Source: an uncultured Clostridium sp. (lineage in GTDB: Bacteria; Bacillota; Clostridia; TANB77; CAG-508). Taken from it: a stretch of 40,139 nt of DNA. The DNA lies in contig CAMMLF010000002.1 in NCBI GenBank assembly GCA_946497585.1, positions 1 through 40,139 of the forward strand, written 5' to 3'. Under the pieces are notes generated by a model, which did no database searches, was not told the origin of the DNA, and was given only the letters and a program-made list of their open reading frames with translations. Both the position numbers and the translations under genes were made by a program. Of the stretch, positions 11,274 to 19,750 are shown piece after piece; within the stretch, counting starts at the first letter, position 1, and each line of letters starts with the position of its first letter.

Positions 11274-12629
11274 TTATATATTTATTTTTGATAAAATTAA
11301 AGATAACTTTATCTCACTAATTTGAATTCCACTATAAATTTCTTGTCCTCCATAAAAACCTATATTTAATACAGATTGATTATAATATCCCTCATTAGGA
11401 TTATAATATTCACTTATTTTACTTTCATAAAATTCTTCCTCATCTATACTTGCAGTAGATTTTATATTTACTTTTAAACTTGCGGCTTGAATTTTTAAAC
11501 CTTTTAATAATGATGACATTGGAATAACTCCATAATTAGAAATTACAAAAAAATCAACATTTTGTCCAGCTAAACCTTCTTTAGAATTTACTACTAATTG
11601 AGTACCAAACCAGGCTGCCGCCAATCCTTTAATAGTATCAATAAAATCTTGAGCAGGGTCACTAGAAGAAAAATCTGCGGTTTCTATTGCTTCATTTATT
11701 AAATTGTAATAATAATTATCACTACTTAATCCTCTTACAATTTCATCAACTTCTTGTTGTACCTCTCCTCCATGTAAACTTTGTAAACGTTTTAAAAACG
11801 TATCAAAAGAACCTCCACTATGTAAAGTAATATCATGAGGTAGAAACTTATTTCCAGTTTCTTTGTCTGCCTGTATTTTATAGTTTTTTACTGAAAAACC
11901 TATATCTAAACTATCGGTATAAGTAGTAACATCAGATTTAATAAATTTTCCTAACTCATCTATATTTCCTCCTGTTACTTCAACACCTTTAATGTTATTA
12001 AGTTGTGAGGCAAATAAACCAACTGCGGCTTCACCTAAAGAACCTTTCCATTGTCCTAATGCTGTTCGCGCCATTTGTCCGGCTTTTTTAATTTTATTTT
12101 CTTGAGTTCTATTATCAATATTTCTAAAAGAAGAAACCACCTCTTTTGAAATAGTACCTCTATTATTCAGTTTTTCTAAATTTTTTTGATAATCTTGACT
12201 AAGTCCTTGCAAAGCCTGATTAAAACTATTCTCAATATTATCAGCTAACTTCTTTTGATTGCTTTTACTTACATTTTGAGATAAATTACTACTTCCCAAA
12301 ACATCTTTCATCGTATCAGCCAATACATTATAAATATTATTAAAAGAACTCTTAATAAAAGTTTGGATACCTTCATCACTTAAATATTTCTCATTAAGTT
12401 CTTGCGCGTTTTTTACTCCTAAAATTTTATAACAATCTTGTTCTCTTTTTTCTTGAGCTTTTATAATTTTGTCTCCTAAGGCCGCAACTTTTTTATCGTG
12501 TATTATTCTATTATAATGAGTAATTTCTTTAAATCTATCATAACTACTATGTAAATATCCAGCTTTTTCTAACTTATCTAAATGAGAACTGGCATATTTA
12601 GTAACTAAATTCTTATCACGAACTGCCAT
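11274..12629 (-). CDS. Hypothetical tail-module protein (451 aa) in the position usually held by tail assembly chaperones
   Basis: ATG at 12629 with AAGGAGG SD 5 nt upstream; the track start at 12650 is an upstream TTG. Lies between the tube-like genes and the TMP. No motif recognised. Confidence 0.6.
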   Translation of the reverse strand: MAVRDKNLVTKYASSHLDKLEKAGYLHSSYDRFKEITHYNRIIHDKKVAALGDKIIKAQEKREQDCYKILGVKNAQELNEKYLSDEGIQTFIKSSFNNIYNVLADTMKDVLGSSNLSQNVSKSNQKKLADNIENSFNQALQGLSQDYQKNLEKLNNRGTISKEVVSSFRNIDNRTQENKIKKAGQMARTALGQWKGSLGEAAVGLFASQLNNIKGVEVTGGNIDELGKFIKSDVTTYTDSLDIGFSVKNYKIQADKETGNKFLPHDITLHSGGSFDTFLKRLQSLHGGEVQQEVDEIVRGLSSDNYYYNLINEAIETADFSSSDPAQDFIDTIKGLAAAWFGTQLVVNSKEGLAGQNVDFFVISNYGVIPMSSLLKGLKIQAASLKVNIKSTASIDEEEFYESKISEYYNPNEGYYNQSVLNIGFYGGQEIYSGIQISEIKLSLILSKINI

Positions 12630-12644
12630 TTTTACCTCCTTAAA

Positions 12645-12677
12645 CGACAAAAACGGGTTAGCACAAGGCTAACCCGC
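12645..12677 (-). terminator. Rho-independent terminator after tube paralog B
   Basis: Stem CGGGTTAGC (12654-12662) / GCTAACCCG (12668-12676), 5-nt loop, U-run on the minus-strand RNA (rc of 12647-12653). Confidence 0.75.
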
Positions 12678-13496
12678 TTAAATATCACTATCTATATCAT
12701 CACTCAATAAATACATTTTGCTAACTACAAACTGATTATTCTCCTTTATTGGTAAACCAACTATATTAAAGACCGATACTGTCGGACTTGCCTTTTCTCC
12801 CATAACTATGTCTAAACTAGATGTAATTTTCATTTTCGGAATCTCAAAGAAAAATGTCTGATTAGTACCATAAATATCGTCTTTAAAATATGCTTTACCT
12901 TCTAAAGTTAAGAAGCCATCAATTCTTTTATTTCCAATTATGTATTTACTATAAGGTTTTACATAATTAAAATAATAATCAATTAAAATTTCTCTCCCTT
13001 CAAAATCAGAACCCACTTCTATACTTTTATCTTCATTAATTTTAAAATCAGTAATTTTTTTCTCAATTATATTATCGTCGTTTAAAAGATAAATAAAGCA
13101 TTTTTCTTGCAATGGTTGATACATTGCTTCAACCTTACCATTATAAACTTCCAATTGCTGTCTTTTTGGTAACTTAATAATATTTTCTCCTTCTTGATAT
13201 TCAAAAACCCCAGCATTGCTTAAAATACTGAAACTTGTATTAGAAAGTACTCCTTCACTTAATACAAAAGAGAAATTATCAAAGTCTTCCCAAATTACGT
13301 GAGGATAATTTCCTCTTCCTCCTCGCGCCGCAACGATTTTACTATTTTCTTTTAGTTCACTAATTTGTATTTTTTCAAAATATAAAATAGGTTCTCCTTC
13401 TGAAAAATGTTTATTTCCAATAGTAATATCCTTATAAGCCTTTATTACTACTGAATTCAATTCTTTCAATCCATAATATTTCTGTGTATTTTCCAT
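12678..13496 (-). CDS. Tail tube-like protein, paralog B (272 aa)
   Basis: Start moved to MENTQKYYGLKE (ATG 13496) with an AGGAGG SD; the track N-terminal extension crosses the upstream terminator. Shares YGLKE...ARGG.GN...W(D/E) blocks with the 256-aa protein upstream. Confidence 0.6.
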   Translation of the reverse strand: MENTQKYYGLKELNSVVIKAYKDITIGNKHFSEGEPILYFEKIQISELKENSKIVAARGGRGNYPHVIWEDFDNFSFVLSEGVLSNTSFSILSNAGVFEYQEGENIIKLPKRQQLEVYNGKVEAMYQPLQEKCFIYLLNDDNIIEKKITDFKINEDKSIEVGSDFEGREILIDYYFNYVKPYSKYIIGNKRIDGFLTLEGKAYFKDDIYGTNQTFFFEIPKMKITSSLDIVMGEKASPTVSVFNIVGLPIKENNQFVVSKMYLLSDDIDSDI

Positions 13497-13511
13497 AGAA
13501 AACCTCCTAAA

Positions 13512-13546
13512 ACAAAAAAATGGGAATAGGATTGCTCCTATTCCCA
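13512..13546 (-). terminator. Rho-independent terminator after tube-like protein A
   Basis: Stem GGGAATAGG (13522-13530) / CCTATTCCC (13537-13545), followed on the minus-strand RNA by a run of 7 U. Confidence 0.8.
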
Positions 13547-13552
13547 ATAAAA

Positions 13553-14323
13553 CTAAGCAGATACTGTTGGAATATTATATTTTACTAATTTAAACATATT
13601 TCCATGGTCGTCTTTTAATACTTTTAATGGTAAGTTAAATGTAGCAGGGTCTCCTTCAGCTTCCATTGTGAATGTTACTTCATTTTGGATTTTAGCTTTT
13701 TCAATTACGAATTGGAATGGTTCGTCTTCACCTGTTTCTCTATTTCTTACGATAGTATCTCCAACTACTCTATATGTTCCTCCGAATTTAGAAGCACTAA
13801 TTGTAATTGTTACTGCGTTTCCAGTTTGTCCGTCAACTTCAGTTTTATAGAATACTCTTACTGCTTTTCCTTCATCTTCAGCTTCTCCAACTTTAACTTT
13901 TCCGTCTGCTGGTTTTGCAGTTGTGTAATCATTTTGTTTTAAACTTAAGAATGAAACAGAAGTACCTTCTTTTGGTTGATAAGATAATTTTACATTACCT
14001 TCAGCATCAATTGTTAATTCTTCATTAACGTCGATTGTTTGTTTTGCACTAGCTGAAGCAACTTCGATTCCAGCACCCATAATTGTTTTTAATGAAGCAG
14101 CTGAGAATAAAGCATCTTCTAATGTTACATTAACTTCTTTATTGTAGTCCCAAGTAATTAAAGCAGGATTTCCCCATCCACCTCTAGCTTCAGTGTTTTC
14201 AGCTGTTGTTTCAATAGTAGAAACTTTTAAAGAATCTAAGAATAAAACAACTTTTCCTGTTTTAATGTCGTAGAAAGTAACATTTGCAACTTCTTTTAAT
14301 CCATATTGGTCAAATATATTCAT
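13553..14323 (-). CDS. Major tail (tube) protein candidate, paralog A (256 aa)
   Basis: TAGGAGG SD. Lies upstream of the TMP and is followed by a strong terminator, as expected for a highly expressed structural gene. The segment TAENTEARGGWGNPALITWDY resembles the tube-protein loop region of T5 pb6-type proteins (from memory, not searched). Confidence 0.6.
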   Translation of the reverse strand: MNIFDQYGLKEVANVTFYDIKTGKVVLFLDSLKVSTIETTAENTEARGGWGNPALITWDYNKEVNVTLEDALFSAASLKTIMGAGIEVASASAKQTIDVNEELTIDAEGNVKLSYQPKEGTSVSFLSLKQNDYTTAKPADGKVKVGEAEDEGKAVRVFYKTEVDGQTGNAVTITISASKFGGTYRVVGDTIVRNRETGEDEPFQFVIEKAKIQNEVTFTMEAEGDPATFNLPLKVLKDDHGNMFKLVKYNIPTVSA

Positions 14324-14343
14324 AACTGTTCTTCCTCCTATTA

Positions 14344-15099
14344 TTATTTTTTATCTTGGATAGATTTTACCCAATATTCTATTTTTACTTTTTTAGGGTC
14401 TGCACCCGCTTGAACTGCATTTACTGCTTGTTCGTATTCCTCGATTGCTTGCATTCTTTTAAATTGGTCATTAAAAGCATAATAAGTTAAATCCCATACA
14501 TTAAGAGGGTTTATACCATTACCTTTTGCCGCCAGAGAAGCAACCAAGTCCAAAAAGCTCAAATTAGAACTTTTTGATTTTTCTTTTAATTTTCTTCCTT
14601 CTTTGATTTTCTTAATAATTTCTGCGGCTTTAGCGTTAGATGGATTATCCATTTTCTGCTCGGTTGTATCTTGACCTACATTATGTGATGCCCTTAGCAC
14701 ACTACAAATAGCATCGAATTTTTCAGAGTTTATAATACGATTTTCTTTTAAATCGCCTAGTATTATAGCCTCATTTTCTACTAGAATATAAATCTCTTTT
14801 TCATGTAAGAAAAAATCAAATGCGCGCTTTAAATCATTAAGATATATAGAATCGTTATGCGCGTTCATTAGAGTAAATTGAAAAGGACTAATTTCATTAT
14901 TTTCTAATCCTTGCTGGCTAAAGAACTCGTCAACATCTTCTTTATCTAATGTAAGAAGATTAAGATAACTATAAAAGTTTTTTGCTCCAATATTTGCAAT
15001 TTCTCGTAATGTAGGAAAATAAATAGTACAAGTATCGGGTATTTCAATAGGAATACCCGCAAAAAATTTTTCTTCACTAATTAAACTCGAAATGTCCAT
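14344..15099 (-). CDS. Hypothetical tail-module protein (251 aa)
   Basis: ORF track. Overlaps the end of the upstream ORF by 23 nt. No motif recognised. Confidence 0.55.
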   Translation of the reverse strand: MDISSLISEEKFFAGIPIEIPDTCTIYFPTLREIANIGAKNFYSYLNLLTLDKEDVDEFFSQQGLENNEISPFQFTLMNAHNDSIYLNDLKRAFDFFLHEKEIYILVENEAIILGDLKENRIINSEKFDAICSVLRASHNVGQDTTEQKMDNPSNAKAAEIIKKIKEGRKLKEKSKSSNLSFLDLVASLAAKGNGINPLNVWDLTYYAFNDQFKRMQAIEEYEQAVNAVQAGADPKKVKIEYWVKSIQDKK

Positions 15100-15586
15100 A
15101 GTTAATTGTATATCCTCCTAAATAAGGTGATACTACTAATCTATTACATTCTACAAAACGCAAATTACCTATTCCCGCCAATTTCTTTTCATTAAATATC
15201 TTATCTAACTCATTTAAAATTAAATAAGGTCTTAATGTTTTTCCATTTATTATCCATTTATCAAAAGGACAAACCACATCAAAACGAATAATAACACTTT
15301 TAAAATCACTATTGACAGGGTCTACATTATATTTATCTAAGATAACAACTATATAACAATTCTTATCTTCATCTTCATCTGGTAATTTTGGAACAATTAA
15401 CAAGTTTTTATGTAGCATCTCATCAATTTCTTGTTGAGTTAAGTCTTCGTGAGCAAGAGGATTAGAATCACTAAATTTTAATAATTTTAAAATTGTTTGA
15501 TTATGTTGTATTCTATCTACAATTTTAAAAATATCTTCACCCATTACTTCAAATCGTCTTTGAGTCTGTATTTTTCCTTTATCCAC
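15077..15586 (-). CDS. Hypothetical head-tail/tail-completion protein (169 aa)
   Basis: ORF track; lies in the neck/tail module. Confidence 0.55.
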   Translation of the reverse strand: MDKGKIQTQRRFEVMGEDIFKIVDRIQHNQTILKLLKFSDSNPLAHEDLTQQEIDEMLHKNLLIVPKLPDEDEDKNCYIVVILDKYNVDPVNSDFKSVIIRFDVVCPFDKWIINGKTLRPYLILNELDKIFNEKKLAGIGNLRFVECNRLVVSPYLGGYTINYGHFEFN

Positions 15587-15596
15587 TTATTTCACC

Positions 15597-16814
15597 TCAC
15601 ATCCACAAACTTGTAACTTTTATTTCTTTTCTTACTGTCTCTTCGCCAAAAGTACAATTTATATAAAATTCTCCAACCCTATTATCTTCATTTGCGGTAA
15701 TAGTAATTGAAGTTTCATTGATTTCATAATTTTTAATTAACCTATCTTTGTCTTCTATACTAAAATCTGCTTTTACTGGTTCAAAAATTCCATTTACAAC
15801 TCTAACGAATTGATAAACTTTTGTTCTTCCCCATTTAATACTTGCGTCACCTTTTAAATCATAAACAACATTAGCTGGCGCGCTTTCTTGAATAGTAACA
15901 TTAAGTTCTTGTGAAATTTCATTATTTTCTTCCATACTAATTCTTAATTTAGTACTTCCTTCTTTTACACCAGTAATTTTTAAATTCTCATCTATACTAA
16001 TATTTTCTTCGCCTTCTAAAATTTCAACTATAATATTACTAGAATATAAATTACCATTCAAATAAGTTTTACCACTTAATTGATAAGTTTCATCTATACC
16101 CAAAGTAATTTCAGTTTCTTCTAATTTTAATTGGAATTTATTTAAATCAACAATGTCAGCAATATCATTATTTATATCGTCCTCATATAAATCTTTCTTA
16201 TCCTCAGTTAAAGATAAATAAATTATACCCTTTACACTGATATAATCTGTTTCTACTACTGACCATGCAGTTTCATCTATTAAAAATCTTTGAGATAATT
16301 CAATGTTTTTACGAGAAGTTATAATTTCTAAATATTTGTTAGGTTGTGGTGTAATCATATTATTCCAAGTTCTAAAGTTAGCTTTTACCTTCTCGTCAGT
16401 TTGCGCAACTAGATAACAAGGCGTTGATTGTAAAATGCCAAATTTATCTATCCATTTAATATTATGTCTACATTCCAAACCTTCAAACTTATCATAAGCA
16501 TCTATTGTATCTTTTTCTTTTTTTAATAAAATCCAAACTGTATCGTCCCAGTAAATAAAATCTCCAATTTTCAAACCATCTTCTTTATTGGCTAAGAAAA
16601 ATCTTCTAACATCAGTATCGTTTTTCTCTTTATTTAATATTGTTGCAACTCTAATTTTTTCTTCTTCATCATTAACAGTTACATCAATAGTATTTGGTGA
16701 ACTAACTAAAAATCTTTGAAAGTCTAGTGCGGCTTGAGATTGTACTAAACTTTTAAATGATTTTCCGTGATTTTTACATCTTTCTTGAAACACTTTATAA
16801 TAATCATTAGTCAT
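15597..16814 (-). CDS. Structural protein with a bacterial Ig-like (Big_2-type) domain
   Basis: Start moved to MTNDYYK (ATG 16814), with GGAG 8 nt upstream and an ATGACTAA overlap with the upstream stop. The segment LKITGVKEGSTKLRISMEENNEISQELNVTIQE looks like a Big_2 repeat. Confidence 0.6.
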   Translation of the reverse strand: MTNDYYKVFQERCKNHGKSFKSLVQSQAALDFQRFLVSSPNTIDVTVNDEEEKIRVATILNKEKNDTDVRRFFLANKEDGLKIGDFIYWDDTVWILLKKEKDTIDAYDKFEGLECRHNIKWIDKFGILQSTPCYLVAQTDEKVKANFRTWNNMITPQPNKYLEIITSRKNIELSQRFLIDETAWSVVETDYISVKGIIYLSLTEDKKDLYEDDINNDIADIVDLNKFQLKLEETEITLGIDETYQLSGKTYLNGNLYSSNIIVEILEGEENISIDENLKITGVKEGSTKLRISMEENNEISQELNVTIQESAPANVVYDLKGDASIKWGRTKVYQFVRVVNGIFEPVKADFSIEDKDRLIKNYEINETSITITANEDNRVGEFYINCTFGEETVRKEIKVTSLWM

Positions 16815-17091
16815 CGATTTCTCCATGACGATAAATTCCATCAATTAAATTCATGCACTCAAAAATAGTTTTTCTAAAATATGAATAACGTAAATATTTT
16901 AAAGAACTTATCTTCGCGCGCAAACTATAATAATAAATTGATGCCAATTCTTTCTCAAGACCTATTAATTCAACTTCTATTGTTTCAAGAAAAGCTTCCC
17001 ATTCACCATTTTTCTCTCTTTCCTTTAATAATCCAAATAGCTTACCTTTTAACTTGTCGCTATAACTAAGTTTTATTTCATTATTTTCCAC
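16807..17091 (-). CDS. Hypothetical protein (94 aa), neck module
   Basis: ORF track; tightly packed between neighbouring genes. Confidence 0.5.
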   Translation of the reverse strand: MENNEIKLSYSDKLKGKLFGLLKEREKNGEWEAFLETIEVELIGLEKELASIYYYSLRAKISSLKYLRYSYFRKTIFECMNLIDGIYRHGEIDD

Positions 17092-17092
17092 A

Positions 17093-17542
17093 TCATTTAC
17101 CTCCTGCTAATTTTGTCCAATCAAAAGGTTTATGATTAATAACACGACTATATCTATCTGCCATATTAAAACATTCCTTATTAGATTGTTCTACCAATTC
17201 TAATAATTTAGAAATATGATTAGCTTGAGATAAAAATTCAAAATCTTTTGTGTGGTATTGTTGTTGAATTAAACGCCAAGTAGATACACAACGTTTATAC
17301 CATTCATTTTTCATAACAACAGCAAGATATTGGATTTCTTGTAGACCTAATTTTTCTACAAAACATTCATTATTTTCATCGTATTCAAGACTTACTCGTG
17401 GAAAATTAAAGCGATTTATAGCCATTTTCATTAACTCAAACCAATCTCTTTCTAAATTACCCAAATCAGTTGTTAATGACCACTCGTCTTGTTCTATTCT
17501 TGCTAGAAAAGCGTTATATACTTCCTTAAATGGAGTGCCCAT
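17093..17542 (-). CDS. Head-tail connector/adaptor candidate (149 aa)
   Basis: Assigned only from its size and its position two genes after the capsid gene. Confidence 0.45.
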   Translation of the reverse strand: MGTPFKEVYNAFLARIEQDEWSLTTDLGNLERDWFELMKMAINRFNFPRVSLEYDENNECFVEKLGLQEIQYLAVVMKNEWYKRCVSTWRLIQQQYHTKDFEFLSQANHISKLLELVEQSNKECFNMADRYSRVINHKPFDWTKLAGGK

Positions 17543-17554
17543 TTTACACCTCCA

Positions 17555-18049
17555 TTATTTTTGAGCTTGGTCATCATCATTGTTCCTAATTAAATTAGCT
17601 ATATCTACTCCAATTAGTTCTTTCATAATTTTCATTTTATCATAACTAATATCTTTAATTTCGTAAGCGGCATTTACTAAAGTTTCAATATTACCAATTT
17701 TTAAATTAGAAATTTTATTTCTAAAAGCATCTAAGTTCTTTTCATCAACCAATAATCGTCTAGCGATATCAGAAGTGAAAGGAACGTATTTGACATCGCT
17801 TCCATCATATTCTAAACCAACTAATTTTCTATGGTCAGGATTTTCAATTCCTAAATATCCTAAAGCGAATAAATTATAAACTCCTTGGTCATATAAAACT
17901 TCTTGTAACTCATCAGCAGGAATTGGAATAATTTGATTTTGTCTACTCCATTCTCTACGAACGTGTCTTACATCAGAACTGTATGTAACAGCTCCAGGAA
18001 CAAGACTTCTAACTCTTACTCTTATATTTTTTAAATTTTGTTCATCCAT
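17555..18049 (-). CDS. Hypothetical head-module protein (164 aa)
   Basis: Start moved to MDEQNLKNI (ATG 18049) with AAAGGAGG upstream. The track extension to 18103 runs through the hairpin that follows the capsid gene. Confidence 0.55.
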   Translation of the reverse strand: MDEQNLKNIRVRVRSLVPGAVTYSSDVRHVRREWSRQNQIIPIPADELQEVLYDQGVYNLFALGYLGIENPDHRKLVGLEYDGSDVKYVPFTSDIARRLLVDEKNLDAFRNKISNLKIGNIETLVNAAYEIKDISYDKMKIMKELIGVDIANLIRNNDDDQAQK

Positions 18050-18079
18050 TTTCAATTTTCCTCCTTTTAACGCATTTGC

Positions 18080-18100
18080 CGGGCGGACAGAGTCCACCCG
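18080..18100 (-). other. Stable hairpin just downstream of the capsid gene
   Basis: CGGGCGGAC / GTCCACCCG. The single mismatch is C-A on the plus strand but G-U on the minus-strand RNA, so the hairpin is stronger in the sense transcript. No U-run follows it. Confidence 0.5.
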
Positions 18101-18125
18101 CAAACCTATTTTAATTTTTTACAAA

Positions 18126-19136
18126 CTACATACTCATTACGTCAACTGATAAAGAAGTGTCTTTGTAAACTCCCCAGTTGTTAAAGTATAACATACCTAC
18201 ACCATATTTTTTGTAGAATTGCATTTCTAATGACCAGTCTCTATTTGTCCAATCATTGATTTGTAAATCTCCTTCTAATACGATTTTAACAACTTTTTCT
18301 TTTCCAGCAGGCATAACGAAAGCATATGAAGGGTCATAAGCCCATTTTAAGTTAGCTTCTGTTTCAACAGCCATAGGTAATACAACTACAGGTGTTCCGT
18401 GGTATATACCAACATATCCTTGTGTTCTAACTTCCATTTTATCTGTATCATTTAAATAAGAACCTTTAATTTCGTTATCTAAATTTCTAGCAAATAATGG
18501 AGTACAGAATATAATTGCATTATCTCCATAAGATTTAACTACAGAAATTAATCTGTCCATAGCTAATTTATCAAATCCGCTAGCTGTAACTTTATTAGCA
18601 GCTGGCATTTTTACGTTTGTATAAGCAGCGATTAATTGTTCATAAACTGCTTTGTAGATAGCATCTTCTAATCCTTCCATGATGATATCTACTAAATCAG
18701 CCATATCATCTAAACCATCTAAATATCTTTCCCAGTCGATGATTGCGGCTGCACCAACAGCTTGTGTTGGGATTTCCATTACTTCGCTATCTAATCTGAA
18801 AGCTTCGTAAGTACCAGCTGGTGATACTTTAGTAATGAAACTTTTTCCTCTTCTTTTTCCTAATCTTTTCTTAAATGTTGCTTTATTTCCTTGTCCAACT
18901 TGTTGAACTTCAGCGAATTGTCCCATTATATCGATAATTCTATTAGGAACGATTTCGTCAGCAGTTTGTTGAATTAATTCAAATAAATCCCATTTATTTT
19001 TTTGATAGTCTTTCATTGAACCAGCAATTTTTCTAATTTCTTCTCTTAATGCTGTTTCAACATCTGCTTTAGAGAAGTTAGCAACTGCTTTACCTGTAAC
19101 TGCAGCTAAAGCTAATTCTTTAATATTATCTTCCAT
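18126..19136 (-). CDS. Major capsid protein candidate (336 aa)
   Basis: Size and position downstream of portal and scaffold; followed by a stable hairpin; AGGAGG-type SD. Confidence 0.75.
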   Translation of the reverse strand: MEDNIKELALAAVTGKAVANFSKADVETALREEIRKIAGSMKDYQKNKWDLFELIQQTADEIVPNRIIDIMGQFAEVQQVGQGNKATFKKRLGKRRGKSFITKVSPAGTYEAFRLDSEVMEIPTQAVGAAAIIDWERYLDGLDDMADLVDIIMEGLEDAIYKAVYEQLIAAYTNVKMPAANKVTASGFDKLAMDRLISVVKSYGDNAIIFCTPLFARNLDNEIKGSYLNDTDKMEVRTQGYVGIYHGTPVVVLPMAVETEANLKWAYDPSYAFVMPAGKEKVVKIVLEGDLQINDWTNRDWSLEMQFYKKYGVGMLYFNNWGVYKDTSLSVDVMSM

Positions 19137-19174
19137 TGTTTTTCCTCCTATAATATTTTTAAATTTTGACTTAA

Positions 19175-19729
19175 TTAGTCAGCTTTAATTACTGCAAATT
19201 TAACTGCAGAATCTCCATTTGGTAATGTTGTGAATTTTACTGCTTTTAATGCAACTTTTTCAGTTGTAGGATTTGTTTTTGTTAATTCGATTAAACCTTT
19301 AAATCCTTCAGTAGTACAAGCTTTACCATAAACTGTTCCTGCTTCGATAGCAGCGTCGATAGCTTCTTCGTCAGCAAATACTGATGTATCATAAGCTACT
19401 GAACTTGTTGTAAATCTATCATTTACTTCTAATTTACCTAATCTTGGCATATATCCATATTCAGGTGTTAAGTAGTGTTGATTTAAACCAACAACATTTT
19501 TATCATATTCTTTTTCAGCTGAGTCTAAAATCATAATAGCGTCAGCGCTAGCAGATGGGTATTCGATTTCACCTTTTGCGTAGTTAACTCCTAATAACAT
19601 TCCGTTTTCAGCTTTTTTTACAGATTCAGCTAATGGATACATAGCCATAATGTTACCTGTTCTTGGGTAAATTACTGCATTTTTTTCTAATACACCGTTA
19701 GCTTCTGTTAATCTTTTATTTATAGCCAT
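19175..19729 (-). CDS. Capsid-module protein (184 aa; decoration or auxiliary scaffold?)
   Basis: ORF track; lies between the scaffold-like gene and the capsid gene. Confidence 0.5.
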   Translation of the reverse strand: MAINKRLTEANGVLEKNAVIYPRTGNIMAMYPLAESVKKAENGMLLGVNYAKGEIEYPSASADAIMILDSAEKEYDKNVVGLNQHYLTPEYGYMPRLGKLEVNDRFTTSSVAYDTSVFADEEAIDAAIEAGTVYGKACTTEGFKGLIELTKTNPTTEKVALKAVKFTTLPNGDSAVKFAVIKAD

Positions 19730-19750
19730 TATCTTTTCCTCCTATAAAAA

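Noticed and set aside
3460-11325. Plus-strand ORFs inside the tape measure gene (3460..3648, 7291..7479, 7753..8001, 10756..10941, 11077..11325)
   Set aside because: They are antisense shadows of a 9.8-kb ORF. They have no SD, their composition is low-complexity and hydrophobic, and the minus-strand gene accounts for the sequence.
14344-15586. Programmed frameshift in the 23-nt overlap between the 169-aa and 251-aa ORFs
   Set aside because: No XXXYYYZ slippery heptamer was seen in the overlap. Ordinary overlapping start and stop codons are common in this operon.
12630-18103. N-terminal extensions given by the ORF track (12650, 13547, 16844, 18103; likewise 25553, 27945, 28353, 28686, 29967, 30519, 31738, 33447, 33769, 39207)
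   Set aside because: The extensions start at TTG, GTG or upstream ATG codons without an SD, and in three cases they run through terminator or hairpin sequences. An internal ATG with a good SD was chosen instead.
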